In this document: piece after piece, positions 49,502 to 62,420 of the stretch | Position numbering within the stretch: position 1 is the first letter of the stretch | Layout: every line of letters starts with the position of its first letter | Assembly (NCBI RefSeq): GCF_006345805.1 | Contig: NC_043017.1 | Coordinates: forward strand, 10,106,001 to 10,170,000 | DNA: 64,000 bases | Reading direction: 5' to 3' | Origin: Octopus sinensis | Taxonomy: Eukaryota | Position numbers and translations under genes: made by a program | The notes under the pieces: model-generated | What the model was told of the DNA's origin: nothing | What the model saw: only the letters and a program-made list of their open reading frames with translations | Databases searched by the model: none

Positions 49502-52256
49502 ATATATGTTAGGCTAGCAGTCTTTTTGTCTGTCTGTCTGTCTATGTTAATCTATTGGTCTTTTTGTCTGTATGTAAGTCTACAAGTCTAGTGGTCTTTT
49601 TGTCTGACTGTCTATATTAGTCTATCAGTCTTTTTCTGTCTGTCTGTCTGTAATGTTAGTCTAACAGTTTTTTGTCTGTCTTTCTGTCTATCAGTTTGTC
49701 TGTCTGACTGTCTGCCAGTCTAGCCGTCTTTCTGTCTGTCTCTCTTTTCCCCTTTCTTTTTCTCTGCCTATCCCTTTCTTTCCCTCTCTCTTTGGTCACC
49801 TGTCTTAATATCCACCTGTCTGTCCTCCACCCCTGCCATCGTTTATCCACAGCCTTGTTTTCAGAAAATTCCTACTAAAAAACCAAAATTCACTCTGATC
49901 CTACATGAAAAAAAAAAACAACAAAACAAATCCTTCAACATTTATACAGGAATGGCTGTGTGGTTATGAAGCTTGCTTCATAATCACATGGTTCTAGGTT
50001 CAATCCCATTGTGCAGCAGCTGAGTTGTCCAATATCTTGTGAGTGAATTTGGTAAAGAGCAAACTCCTTGAATAGTTACAATGTCAGGCTGGCAGTTGTC
50101 CAAGGGCCTCACAGGTCCAGGGACTGATTTCTGCTCTTTGTATGCTGTGGCTTGCTGTTACTAAATAGATACTAAATAGATACAATAGTTTGCCCAGGGT
50201 TCTCACAGGCCTAGGGGACCCAAATCTGTTCTATGAATGCTGCAGCTTGCCGTCAATAAATAAACACTCTAGGTGTTTGTACCTCCTCCTTCTCCTCTTC
50301 ATCATCACCACCACCACCATCATCTACCATACAGCCAATGCATCAATTTGCCTGGTGGTGTTGGTCGTGGTGGTGGATCCTATAATGTTGCTGAAGGTCC
50401 TGGATAGGTGTGAACTTCAATAAGTCTGCTAAGGTCATCATCTTAGGGACGGAGGTTTATGAAATATAGATATGGAGATTGAGGGGTGAATGCAGATATG
50501 TTTTAAATAAATGGTCTAATTTTTAATTATGGGTCAAAGTGATTGTGTCTTAACGAGATCGCAGAAAATGAGTGTTTCGTTATGTGTAGCAGCAAAATTC
50601 CATTGACTTTGGCCATGTCTGTTAAGATGTTGGTCTCCTTTCGATGTTGCATTCTCTGAAAGCACGTGATTCAGTGGTTAGGATATTTGGCTCATGACTG
50701 TAGGGTCATGAGTTCAATTCCTGGCAGAGCACTGTGTCCTTGAACAAGACCCTTTATTTTCACATTGTTCCAGTCCACTCAGCTGGCAAAAACAAGTAGT
50801 TTACAAGTAGATTACATTGACTCCTGTAATTCAAAAGGGGCCAGCCTTGTCACATTCTGTGTCACACTGAACCTCCCTGAGAACTACATTAAGAGTATGC
50901 ACGTCTGTGGAGTACTCAGCCACTTGCATGTTATGTTCACAAGCAGGCTGTTCTGTTGATTGGATCTCTGTAACCAATGGAATGCCATTTCTTTTTATGT
51001 GTTTTATCACCAAATCATTTAGTGTCTTTTTATTGATGATGTGGCAAAATTCTTTTCTTTTGTCTGAAGTGAGATCAATGAGGTCCTTCAGGAATCTCAT
51101 ACATCTTCATTATTGATGACTGGGTCTTCTTCAAATTGCCATTCACTGAAAGCTCACTATAAAAGAGAACGAAAATAGAAATAAAATAGAATTTCTTCTG
51201 TTGGCAACTCGATATGCAAATATATGTCAACTGCATCTCAAGCATTCACTTGAAAGGTGTGGGGTGTACCTGGGTGCCAGGGGTTGCTGTGGGTTGAATG
51301 ACAAACTTTTATGTCGTCATACCTCCACCCTGTTCATCCTTCACTCATTCATCCCGACCCCATCTCTAATAATCTGTTATTCTCCCCTCACACACTTGTA
51401 TCTCCCTATCCCTCCTTCTTCCTCTTGATTCCCTACCCATACCCACTCTTGCTCCTTGGGGGTTTGTATCCCATCATTACCATCTTATTTTCTTCCCAGC
51501 TACCCACATCTTCTATCATACTTTGGCCTGGCATAAAGCCACATCTTCATCCTCTCAAATGACCACCACCACATTGTCAAGGGGGCTTTTCCATTTTCCT
51601 TTACTTGTTCTTTCCTGGTCTTGCAAATTACTTGGCAACCTCACTAGCGCTGGTGCCATGAGAAACAAAAGCATCCAATACACTCTATAAAGTGGTTGGC
51701 ATTGTGATGGGCATCTAGCCATAGAAACCATGCCAAAACCTTTACTGGAGCAAGATGCCATCCTTGAACCTAACAGATCCTGTCAAACCATCCAACTCAT
51801 GCCAGCATGGAATATGGACGTTAAATGATGATGATGATGATGATATAATGGCTTTCCAATTTGGCACAGCGCCAGTAATTTCTGAGAGGGGTTAAGTTGA
51901 TTACATTGACTCCAGTACTCGATGGAGGCTCATTTTATCGACTCCAAAAGGATGAAAGGCAAAGCCAACCACAATGGAATTTGAACTCAAAGCATAAAGA
52001 TAGACAAAATACCATTAAGTATTTCGGCTGGTGTGCTAATGATTCTGCCAAATTTTCTGAAGCAATGGTGGGGGTCAAAAATTTAGACACAAAGACACAC
52101 ATAATAGGCTTCTTTCAATATCCATCAACCAAATCCACTCACAAGGCTTTGGTGAAGACACTTGCGCAAGGTGCAATGCAATGGGACTGAACCCTAAACC
52201 ATGTTGTTGGGAAGCAAGCTTCTTCCCACACAACCATGCCTGCACACCTATGTACA

Positions 52257-52299
<43 letters not shown>

Positions 52300-52823
52300 G
52301 TACGTGTGTCTGTAGATACACAGACACACACAAACATGTATATGTATGTATTCCATGTACATCTGAAAACATGAGTCATGTCGCATCCCCATACCACCTT
52401 ACCCATTGTTTATATTGTTACATCTCAGGATACGAAATAATCATACCACATCTGTAATCTATGATAATCTCTCACTCGATATGTTATATCTAACGATATG
52501 GAATGAGTCATACTGCATTAGTTTATTCTGATATCCTTTCACCGTATCACATCTAGAGTTATGGAATAAAATCATACCATGCTTATCTATTTTGAGGAGT
52601 TGTTTGACCTGCTAGAAATAGTAGTTAGATCATCTTCTTCAAACCCTTCAAATCCCACTGAAACAAAAAACAAAAAGCAATTTAAAAAATATAATAAAAC
52701 TCATTGAGAAAGTGAGACGAGATGGTTGCATTTAGAAAGTCTTTGATGCTGTGACAGCTCCACTTGATCACACTTGACTTTGTCAGCTAGCATCACTAGC
52801 TATTTCATACATTCATATATATG

Positions 52824-52904
<81 letters not shown>

Positions 52905-53461
52905 TATATATATCTACTATCATCATCATTGTTTAACATCCGTTTTCCATGCTGGCATGGGTTGGACGGTTTGACTGAGGTCTGGAGAGCCAGCAGCTGC
53001 ACCAGGTTCCATTCTGATCTGGCAGTGTTTCTACAGGTGGATGCCCTTCCTAACTCCAACCATTCTGGGAGTGCATTGGGTGCTTTTTACATGCCACCAG
53101 CCCATGAACCATTCAGGTGGGCCTGGCATCGATCATGTACGAATAGTTCTTCTTACATGCCACTGGCATGAGAGCCACTCGGGTGGGCCTGGCATTGACC
53201 ATGTTCGGATTGTGCTTTTTACATGCCACTGGCATGGCAGCCTGTTAAGGGGCCACTGGTCACAGCCACGATATTGGTTTTACTTGACTCAACAGGTCTT
53301 CTCAAGCATATCATATCACACGACACATCGGGGCTACTCTTAACTGGGCTGGACATGTGTGGCTGCAATCTCACTTTAGTTACTGGGTCTTCTCAATCAC
53401 AGCATATCTCCAAAGGTCTCGGTCTCCTGTCATTTATATATATATAGATAATATATATATA

Positions 53462-53632
53462 GGCGCAGGAGTGGCTGTGTGGTAAGTAGCTTGCTAACCA
53501 ACCACATGGTTCCGGGTTCAGTCCCACTGCGTGGCATCTTGGGCAAGTGTCTTCTGCTATAGCCCCGGGCTGACCAATGCCTTGTGAGTGGATTTGGTAG
53601 ACAGAAACTGAAAGAAGCCTGTCGTATATATG

Positions 53633-53663
<31 letters not shown>

Positions 53664-53852
53664 ATGTGTTTGTCCCCCTAGCATTGCTTGACAACCGATG
53701 CTGGTGTGTTTACAGCCCTGTCACTTAGCAGTTCGGCAAAAGAGACCGATAGAATAAGTACTGGGCTTACAAAGAATAAGTCCTGGGGTCGATTTGCTTG
53801 ACTAAAGGTGGTGCTCCAGCATGGCCGCAGTCAAATGACTGAACAAGTAAAA
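53462..53852 (+). mobile_element. SINE family A, full length
   Basis: Complete head and tail. Confidence 0.88.
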
Positions 53853-53868
53853 TATATATATATATTGC

Positions 53869-53978
<110 letters not shown>

Positions 53979-54362
53979 GGAGATAGTATTAAAAAAATTG
54001 GAGATGGAATGTGTATCAGACTTTTATTAAGTACAAGACAGGTTAAAAGATCTCAAAATGAACATGGGAGTCTCGACATAGTCACTGAAAATGCTAAAAT
54101 AGCAGCCAAATGTCCATCAAATGCTCGAATTTGATGGACCTATACTGGTGAATAAGCTGACACAAAAAATCTCTAGTGTGACTATTTTGTTGGTGTACCT
54201 GAAGAGACTCAGAATGATGGTTGAAACATGTACATAACAAAAGTCTAATACACATCCCATCTCTCGTTTTATTAATATTATTACCCCAACTGCCACTGCA
54301 AAGTTCCTGGAATAAATCTACAGATAACAACAGTCAAGCATGTATGTGTGTGTGTATGTGTG

Positions 54363-54411
<49 letters not shown>

Positions 54412-54412
<1 letters not shown>

Positions 54413-54660
54413 TATAAAAAATATATATATAAATACAAAATGGGACAAGAACACAAAACATTCAAATAGACGACACAAAAAAACGGACGGGTCATTCGAA
54501 GCCTCTAATCTTCAGTCAAGAACCGGATCATCCTCGCAATTTCGGCTGGTTCTTGACTGAAGATTAGAGGCTTTGAATGACCCGTCCGTTTTTTTGTGTC
54601 GTCTATTTGAATGTTTTGCGTTCTTGTCCCATTTTGTATTTTTATATATATTTTTTATAC
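54412..54660. repeat. Inverted repeat (~115-bp arms, ~19-nt loop)
   Basis: AAATGGGACAAGAACACAAAAC...CAGTCAAGAACC mirrors GGTTCTTGACTG...GTTCTTGTCCCATTT. Confidence 0.9.
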
Positions 54661-55205
54661 ATAAATTATTGCGGCGTAACGTACACCTTGTTCTCTTCTA
54701 TATATATATATTATATAATCATCATCATCATCGTTTAACGTCCGCTTTCCATGCTGGCACGGGCTGGACGATTTCACCGAAGACTGGCGAGCCAGATGGC
54801 TGTACCAGGCTCCAATCTGATCTGGCAGAGTTTCTACAGTGGGATGCCTTTCCTAACACCAACCATATATATATATGTACGTATCTATATACACACATAC
54901 ACATAGGTATCTGATCCAATATAGATTAGCGATCCAGCCTGAAGGTGTTTCTAAGTATGGCACTTGTCTAAATGAACGACACAAATGGAGTGTAATAAGT
55001 CACAACAGCTGTTTCAGAAGCGTTTTTATTGATGAATACTTTGATTATTTCATGATGACAAAAATCAACCATCATCTGGGGATTTTGAACAATCATTATA
55101 TATCTAAATATTTATTTATATAAATGCATGCATGTATGGATCTATGTGGGTGTGTGTGTCTGTGTGAATTTATGTATGAATGTATATGTATGTGTATTAT
55201 ATATA

Positions 55206-55506
55206 TCTTTATATATAAAAGTGAAGTTGTGTGAGTGTCTGTCTCCTACGATTTAGATTCCTAACTACTCCCACATTTTGTGGTGCAGTTTAACCAAAAG
55301 TGGGTATCTTATAGTCGTGATTCATATCGAGCCCTTCTGGGTATTAGTGCACGTCTACGATGAGTCTACGATTTAAAAAAAAATTTACCATCCTTTTTCC
55401 CCATTTTTAATGCATTTTTGCTATTATATAAGGGAAGTAACTCTCTAAAAATGCTTATATAGTTATTTCCCTTACAAACCCGAGCAACGCCAGGCGATAC
55501 TGCTAG
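55206..55506 (+). mobile_element. Complete non-autonomous Helitron (~300 bp)
   Basis: A|TC 5' end followed by ATATATAAAA; 3' subterminal hairpin-like CCCGAGCAACGCCAGGC, then CTAG|T; no TSD. Confidence 0.8.
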
Positions 55507-55529
55507 TATATATATATAGTATATATATA

Positions 55530-55560
<31 letters not shown>

Positions 55561-55640
55561 GTGTATATATATATATATATATGTGTATATATATATATAT
55601 ATGTGTATATATATATATATATTATATATAATATATATAT

Positions 55641-55681
<41 letters not shown>

Positions 55682-55721
55682 ATATATATATAGATATATA
55701 TATATAGATATATATATATAG

Positions 55722-55950
55722 AAGCTAGGATCACATAATTTCGGTCATATTATGCGGAGAAAATCCCTGGAGAAGGACTCATGCTCGGAATGGTCAGTGG
55801 CAAAGAGAAAGAGGCCGACCAAGACCCGCTGGCTTGACATCATCAAGAGTGATACCGGAAGGACATGGCCAATCTGAAGGAAGTGGCCCAGGATAGAACT
55901 GACTGGAGGACACTGATCCAACGAGTGACCGAGAGTCGACTTCAACTGAG
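55722..55950 (+). mobile_element. RTE/BovB-like LINE 3' end fragment
   Basis: [13 protein letters not shown]...RPTKTRWLDIIK and the terminal GTGACCGAGAGTCGACTTCAACTGA. Confidence 0.7.
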
Positions 55951-56309
55951 GGCGTTTAGAAGATTATATATATATATATACATACCTTTTCATGCACGTT
56001 GACTATAAAATTAAAGAAATCAAGGCAGTTTGCATATGTTTGCATGTTTTTACACGCATCTGTCACAATGTGACTCGGTGGGCTTGGCGTGTTTATGGAC
56101 ATACGTATCTATATATATATATATTGATACGTGTGTATGTGTGTGTGTATGTGCTGTGAATGTGTTTGTGCATATATGTCTATGTGGTTATATGTGTGTA
56201 TGTGTATGTGTATGTGCAAAAATATAAGGCAGAAAGGGTAAGGGGAAGAGAGAGAGAGAGAGAATGGATCATAATCTAACGGAACAGGAGGCGTATGTGG
56301 TGTGTGTCA

Positions 56310-57164
56310 GCTGATGGTGGTGGAGGAGGTGGTGGTGATGATGGAGGTGATGTGGACAAAAGTGGAGGTGGTATGCAGAGGATGAAGGGGATGGATTGGA
56401 GGAGTGCAGAGAAGATTGTGGGACCATATAGATATATAAAAGGTGGAAGAAGTGTTCATGGTGATGGCAGTGGGGGAGGTGGTGGTAGCACTAGCAGTGG
56501 GAGTGGTGGTGATGGTGGCAGTAGTGGTCATCATGGTGGTGGTGATGGTATTGATATCTATGGTGGTGGACATTGGTGGTGATAGTGCTACTACTGGTAT
56601 CGGTAATGGTGTTGAAGATGGTGGTTGTGTTGGAGGTAATTTTTAAGGGGTAGCTCTGGTGGAATGGAAAAGGTAAGGATAATTATGTGGTGGGCATGAA
56701 GGTGGTGGTAGTGATGAGGGTTTGTGTGCTTTTAGGGAAGGACAAAGACAATAGTGGGTGAAGGGGTGCACGGTGAAAGTGGTAGTGGTGGTGGCGATGG
56801 TGTTGGTGATGTTGATATTGGTGGTGGTTGTGGTGGTGATAGAGGTGCAGAAGGTGAACCCAAAATAATTACCAAGAAAATAAATAAATAAAGTAAACAA
56901 ATAAATAAGACAAAGCACATTCACCCACCCACCCACCTCATCCCTTGTCTGCCCATACCAGCACCCACTCACCCCTTTTTTTTGTGGATTATGGAATATA
57001 TCAATATTCAGCAAGGGAATTAAGAGAGAGAGGGGGGGGAGGCATGATGTGTGATGGGGGAGCAGAGGCACAAAGAAGGAGGAGAGACACAACAGCAGGC
57101 TAAGTGGGTGAGATATTAAAGATGGGTGACTGAGAGACAGAATAACAGGGTGGGTAAGGGATGG

Positions 57165-57201
<37 letters not shown>

Positions 57202-57780
57202 ATTCCTCTTTTCTTCTTCTTTATTCTCTCTCTCTTTGTTTTTGGGGTCTTGTTTACTTACAATTACCACCACCACCATCCCCGTTTTCTATTGTCACCA
57301 TCTCCACCACCACCATAGCTTTGTTGTAGCAATCAACCATTGCTTCCACTGTAGCTGCCGCGAAACCTCCACTACCACCACCACCATGCCATGATCACTA
57401 CAACTTCACCACCACCACCACCTCCACCACCACCTCCACCTTCACCACTGTCAATCGAACTACCACCATTACTAGTACTAACATCACCCTCAACACCACT
57501 TCCGTTGCTACAATACTATCATCATCACTACTGGCACAAGCGACCCTCCACCACCACCAACACTACATTACTATCCTCACCACCATCACCACTGCTACAA
57601 ACCCCACAACCACAATTATCCTCACTGTTGTCAATACTATCACCAGCACCATCCCCAACGTAACAACCATCACTGCAAATATCATCAACACCATCATCAT
57701 CATCATCATTGTCATCACCACCACCATCTTCATCCTCCTCGCTGCCTACAATAGCAACACCACTACCACCACCACATAGA
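56310..57780. repeat. Low-complexity (GGT/GAT)n and (CAC/CAT)n tracts
   Basis: Directly visible. Confidence 0.85.
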
Positions 57781-57922
57781 TTTACTCTGATTTTTTTTTA
57801 TCCCCACCCTTTTCTACCCAAACCTTTGTCAGGAGCGGAAGGTGATGGGCATAGGTGGGGAGGGGCAACTGATCTAGCATGACTCACTTTGTATCCCCAG
57901 ATATCATATAGATAGAAAATAG

Positions 57923-57974
<52 letters not shown>

Positions 57975-58227
57975 CATATAAGATATAATATAGACATGGG
58001 AAAGTGGCGAGCTGGCGGAATGATTAGCATGCCGGGCGAAATGCTTAGCAGTATTTTGTCCATCTTTATGCTCTGAGTTCAAATTCCACCAAGGTCGACT
58101 TTGCTTTCATCCTTTTGGGGTTGGGGCTGATAAATTAAGTACCAGTTGCGTACTGGGGTCGATCTAGTTGACTAGCCCCCTTCCCCCAAAATTTCGGACC
58201 TTGTTCTTGACTCTGGGCTATCTTTTC

Positions 58228-58990
58228 ATCATCATCATTGTTCGACCGTGGTCGAGACAATGGAATTTACTATGCTATGCCAGACTTCACGGTCCATCAT
58301 AGCATTACGGAGGTCCTGTTGCTGGATGCCTGTATCCCTGGAGATTACATCAGGGTAGGAGAGTGTGCGCCCTCTGGTATTGTGAGTAGATGGCTTCCAG
58401 AGGAGAAGAGTAGAAATTGCCTTGTTTTCAGCTCTACAACAATGTCCAGCAAACTGGACTCTCCTACCTTTCACAAGAGATGACACAGGTGGTAGTTTCC
58501 CATATATTTGCATTTTGGTTGGATGACGCTTCCACGAGAGATTTTGAGCTCTCATAAGGAGGCGAGTGTAGGTTCCATCCAACTGCCTCTCAAGCTTCTT
58601 AGATAATGTCCAAGTTTCTTAGATTTGATGACCAGATCTTATGCATGTCATTACAGGCTGACTATCTTTTAGGCATCCCTCCAATTGGATCCCTGCTTTT
58701 CTCTGATTTTGCTGTACTGTGCCATAGTTTTCCCTGAGGTAAGGCCTTCCTCTCTGTTTTTGTTGGGTTTTGAATTGTCCTTCATGCTTCTGTAACTTAA
58801 ATTTTCTTTCTAGGTTGAAATGTTGGCTCTATTGCAACCCATTTTTACCTCTGAGAAGAGGTGGTCCTTATTAATCTGGTCTCAGTCCTTTGACCTGTCC
58901 AGCATAATAATCCCCACTAAGAGCTCTCAGAGTCATAGAGGCAAGCAAACCACAACACAACACAACAAGGACTGCACCTTGTGGTTGCCA
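58228..58990 (-). mobile_element. RTE/RTE-X-like LINE 3' fragment with internal deletion
   Basis: ETWTLSKKLERQLDGTYTRLLMRAQNLSWKRH...RRVQFAGHCCR...AMMDREVW, followed by a (TGA)n tail. Confidence 0.8.
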
Positions 58991-59969
58991 TATGGCTTAT
59001 AATTATTTGTATTTAGATGGGCCAAATGTCTAAGAAATTAACTGTGCTAACATATGTGGACAGTGTTACTTTAATGTTGAAATCATTGATGATAGTAATT
59101 AAGTCTTTTCTAAATTTGTTTAATGGATGGGCATCGGTGTTGGCCTTCTCTGAGATAGAGCCAACCAACCATCTTCATACAGGCCTATGTTTTCGATCAA
59201 GAATTCACCATAAAATGTAACCAAGATATAAATCAACTAGATCACATATTTCTACACTATTAAACAATCCCATACTGATATCAAACAAACTAGTAGAGTC
59301 TGTTTTATAATTTTAGTCAGGCAGTGTTTTTGTTGAAAACTAGTATTTTCCTGCATGCAAATCATTTCTATGCTATTGTTGCCTTCCTTATAATGTCTTG
59401 AAAATTTTTAGAGCTTGGTGAGTAACAATTTTCGAGACAGGATGAGGATAATGTTCTACTGTATCAAATTGATTGAAAACTGCATTCAGCTTTATTGCTG
59501 ATATTTTTAAAATAGCTAATTACACTGCAATTCTTTCGTTAACAAAGGTTAGTGAATTTTCTAATTATACCATTAATATTATAATTTTTAAAAAAATAAT
59601 TAATCCAGTCTTACTCTTAATTAACATCTAATTCATCTACTTTTTGGATTAGAGGTAAAGTACTTTGGAAACCTTATGGTCTTTGAGACTGTTCTACACT
59701 TTGCTTTTGGCTACACATTCTAATCTATTGCAAAGCTTATATGCTATAATTTTGTCTCATTATTCACATTGTTATGATTATGTAAATCAGCTGATTTTTT
59801 TTTATAGCTTTTGGTGCTATTATCATTTGGAAGTTGATTTTGCATGTCTTTTCCTATCCAGTGACAATTTCTTTGTTTTATCCCAAGACAGGCAGACGTG
59901 TATGGCTGCATAAGCTAAGCAGCTCATTTTGCAACAATATGGATGAGAGTTATATATCTTATTGCTCAA

Positions 59970-61250
59970 AGTTGACTCTATAATCATCAAACCAATCAAA
60001 CCAAAAGATCTCATCCCCTGTCACGAAACCAGGAAAAGAAATTAATTTGACTAGTTTCAGCATTTACTAATTCTTCATCAGAGATAAGTCATTCATTTAT
60101 TTCCTGCCTGCTGAGAGGATAACAGCTTAATGCTATTTATAGTATACATAAACTTAGCTAAATTATCTTGTCTAACTTGCATAACAGTGCAAGTGAATTA
60201 AATAAATAATTAAATAATTTATAAGTATAAATGTAAGGTAAACTTATGAGCAAGTGTTTTTAGTAAATGCTTTTTATTCTATTTTAGCCTCATAGCATAA
60301 AGTAGACACCATAGCGATCAAACCAATCACACTGGGTGATTTTGTTCTCAGTAATCAGAAAAAGAAATCATTTTGAAAAATTTCAATCTTTATTAATCCT
60401 TCTATCACAGATCAATCATGAATTTCCTGTTCCTAGAGAGAATTGTAACTTATTGCTATTTATAGTAGACACAAACACAGACCAAGCAATAACTTGCATT
60501 GCAGTATTGCAAAGCATTGGTAGAGTGAATTAAACAATTCATTTATTTATAAGTAGAAAGGTTTAGCAAACTTACGAGGAAGTGGTTTTAGTAAATTCTC
60601 TTACTCTTTTACTTGTTTCAATCATCTGACTGTGGCCATGCTGGAGCACTGCCTTTAGTCAAACAAACCTATTCTTTGTAAGCTCAGTACTCATTCTATC
60701 AGTCTCTTTTGCCGAACTGGTAGGTTACAGGGACATAAACACACCAGCATTGGTTGTCAAGCAATAGTCGGGGGCAGCAAATACAGACACACACACATAT
60801 ATATGTATATATATATATATTATATATATATATATGACGGGCTTCTTTTAGTTTCCATCTACCAAATCTACCCACAAGGATTTGGTTGGCTTGAGGCTAT
60901 AGTAGAAGACACTTATCCAGGGTGCTATGCAGTGGGACTGAACTCAGAACCATGTGGTTGGTAAGCAAATTTCTTACCACACAGCCACTTCTTTGTAGAA
61001 AAAAAAGACACCATACTGGAATCAAATGAAAAGATTTTGCTTTCTGCTACCAGAAAAATAAATTCAATTTGACTAGTTTCAGCAATTATTAATGCGTCAT
61101 CCGAGATCAGTCACTAATTTCCTGTCCTCAGAGAGAAGAGTAGCTTATTACTATTTATAGTGGACACAAACTCAGACTGAACCAAACTGACATGTCTAAT
61201 TTGCATAACAGTGTTGGCAAAGTGGATTAAACAAATAATTAAGTAATAAA
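59970..61250 (-). repeat. Degenerate ~320-bp tandem repeat (3 units), each with a hammerhead-like core
   Basis: Units share TTTGACTAGTTTCAGCA...TCATC(A/C)GAGAT, GCTATTTATAGT.GACACAAAC and GTGAATTAAA; the middle unit's core is decayed. Confidence 0.65.
60597..60990 (-). mobile_element. SINE family A, inserted in the hammerhead tandem array
   Basis: Reverse copy interrupting the ~320-bp repeat units. Confidence 0.85.
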
Positions 61251-61489
61251 AGTGATACTAAGTGGTAATGTAAGTAGAAAGTAGAAATATAATCTTTGTC
61301 ACACCACCATCCGTCTTGGCATCGTCAACGGTCCACCATGACCACGATTACTGTTTTGCATCACACCGTCTCAACACTCCATCAATGCAATGAGAACCAC
61401 TCCAGATGCTGCCGCATCAGCCGAAGAACGGACGACCGGAAAGAATATGTTTATCAATGATCATAATCTCTAATTAATGAAGAATTATT

Positions 61490-62420
61490 AATAATGACGA
61501 CGATGATGATGATGATGATGACAACAATGATAAAATTACTATTACTACCACCACCACCACTGCTGCTGCTGCTACCACCACTACTGCTGCTATTACTACT
61601 ACTACTACTACCACCATCACCACCACCACCACTACTACTACTACTATTACTAAAATGATGATGATGGTGATGGTGGTAGCAGTGATGATAATAGTGATGA
61701 TGGTTATAGTGATAATGATGATGACGATGATGATGATGGGTTTAGTGATGATGTTGATGACTAATAATTCACCTTTTTAATTAACTTCATAAATGTTGCA
61801 AGTCATTAGTGGCAAGAATGAAAAGGAATAAAAAGAGACTGGGAGAAAGAAGTTGAAGGAAGGAAGGAAGGAAAGAAATCGTAAAAGGCAGGATGAGAAG
61901 AAGAGGAAAAGAAGGAAGGAAAATAAAGGAATAAAAAGAGAGAGAGAAAGAAGGAAAGAGAAAAGGATTAAGGATTAGGGGGAGAGAGAGGGCAAGGAGA
62001 AGGTGAAGGAGAAAGAAGGGAAGAATAAAGGATTTGAATTAGAGGAGGGGAGGAAACACAGAAAGAAGGATTAGTGTAAGAGAGAGAAGGAGAGAGAGAG
62101 AGGAGGAGAAAGAGGGAAAATTGAAGAAAAAAGAGAAAGATACATTGTATAAAAGAAAAAGAAAGATTAGAATTTAAGAGAGAGCGAGAGCGGGGGGGGG
62201 GGGCAAAGAGAAATGAGGAAGAAGGAAAAAGCAGAGAAAAGAGAGAAAGATAGAAAAATAGACCAAATAAAAGAAAGACAAAGAAGGATTAGAGTGAGAA
62301 GAAGAGAGAGGGAGAGAGAGAGAGAAAGTAAAACGAGAGAGACGGAGATAAAGAAGGAAAGAAATTAAGGAAGAAAACAGACGACAAGAAATGAAGAAAG
62401 GTAAAGAATGAGATTATAAT
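61490..62420. repeat. Trinucleotide tracts followed by purine-rich (GA) low-complexity DNA
   Basis: Directly visible. Confidence 0.85.

Noticed and set aside
56295-57663. Gly-, Thr- and Pro-rich ORFs
   Set aside because: Low-complexity trinucleotide DNA without convincing splice sites or family motifs.
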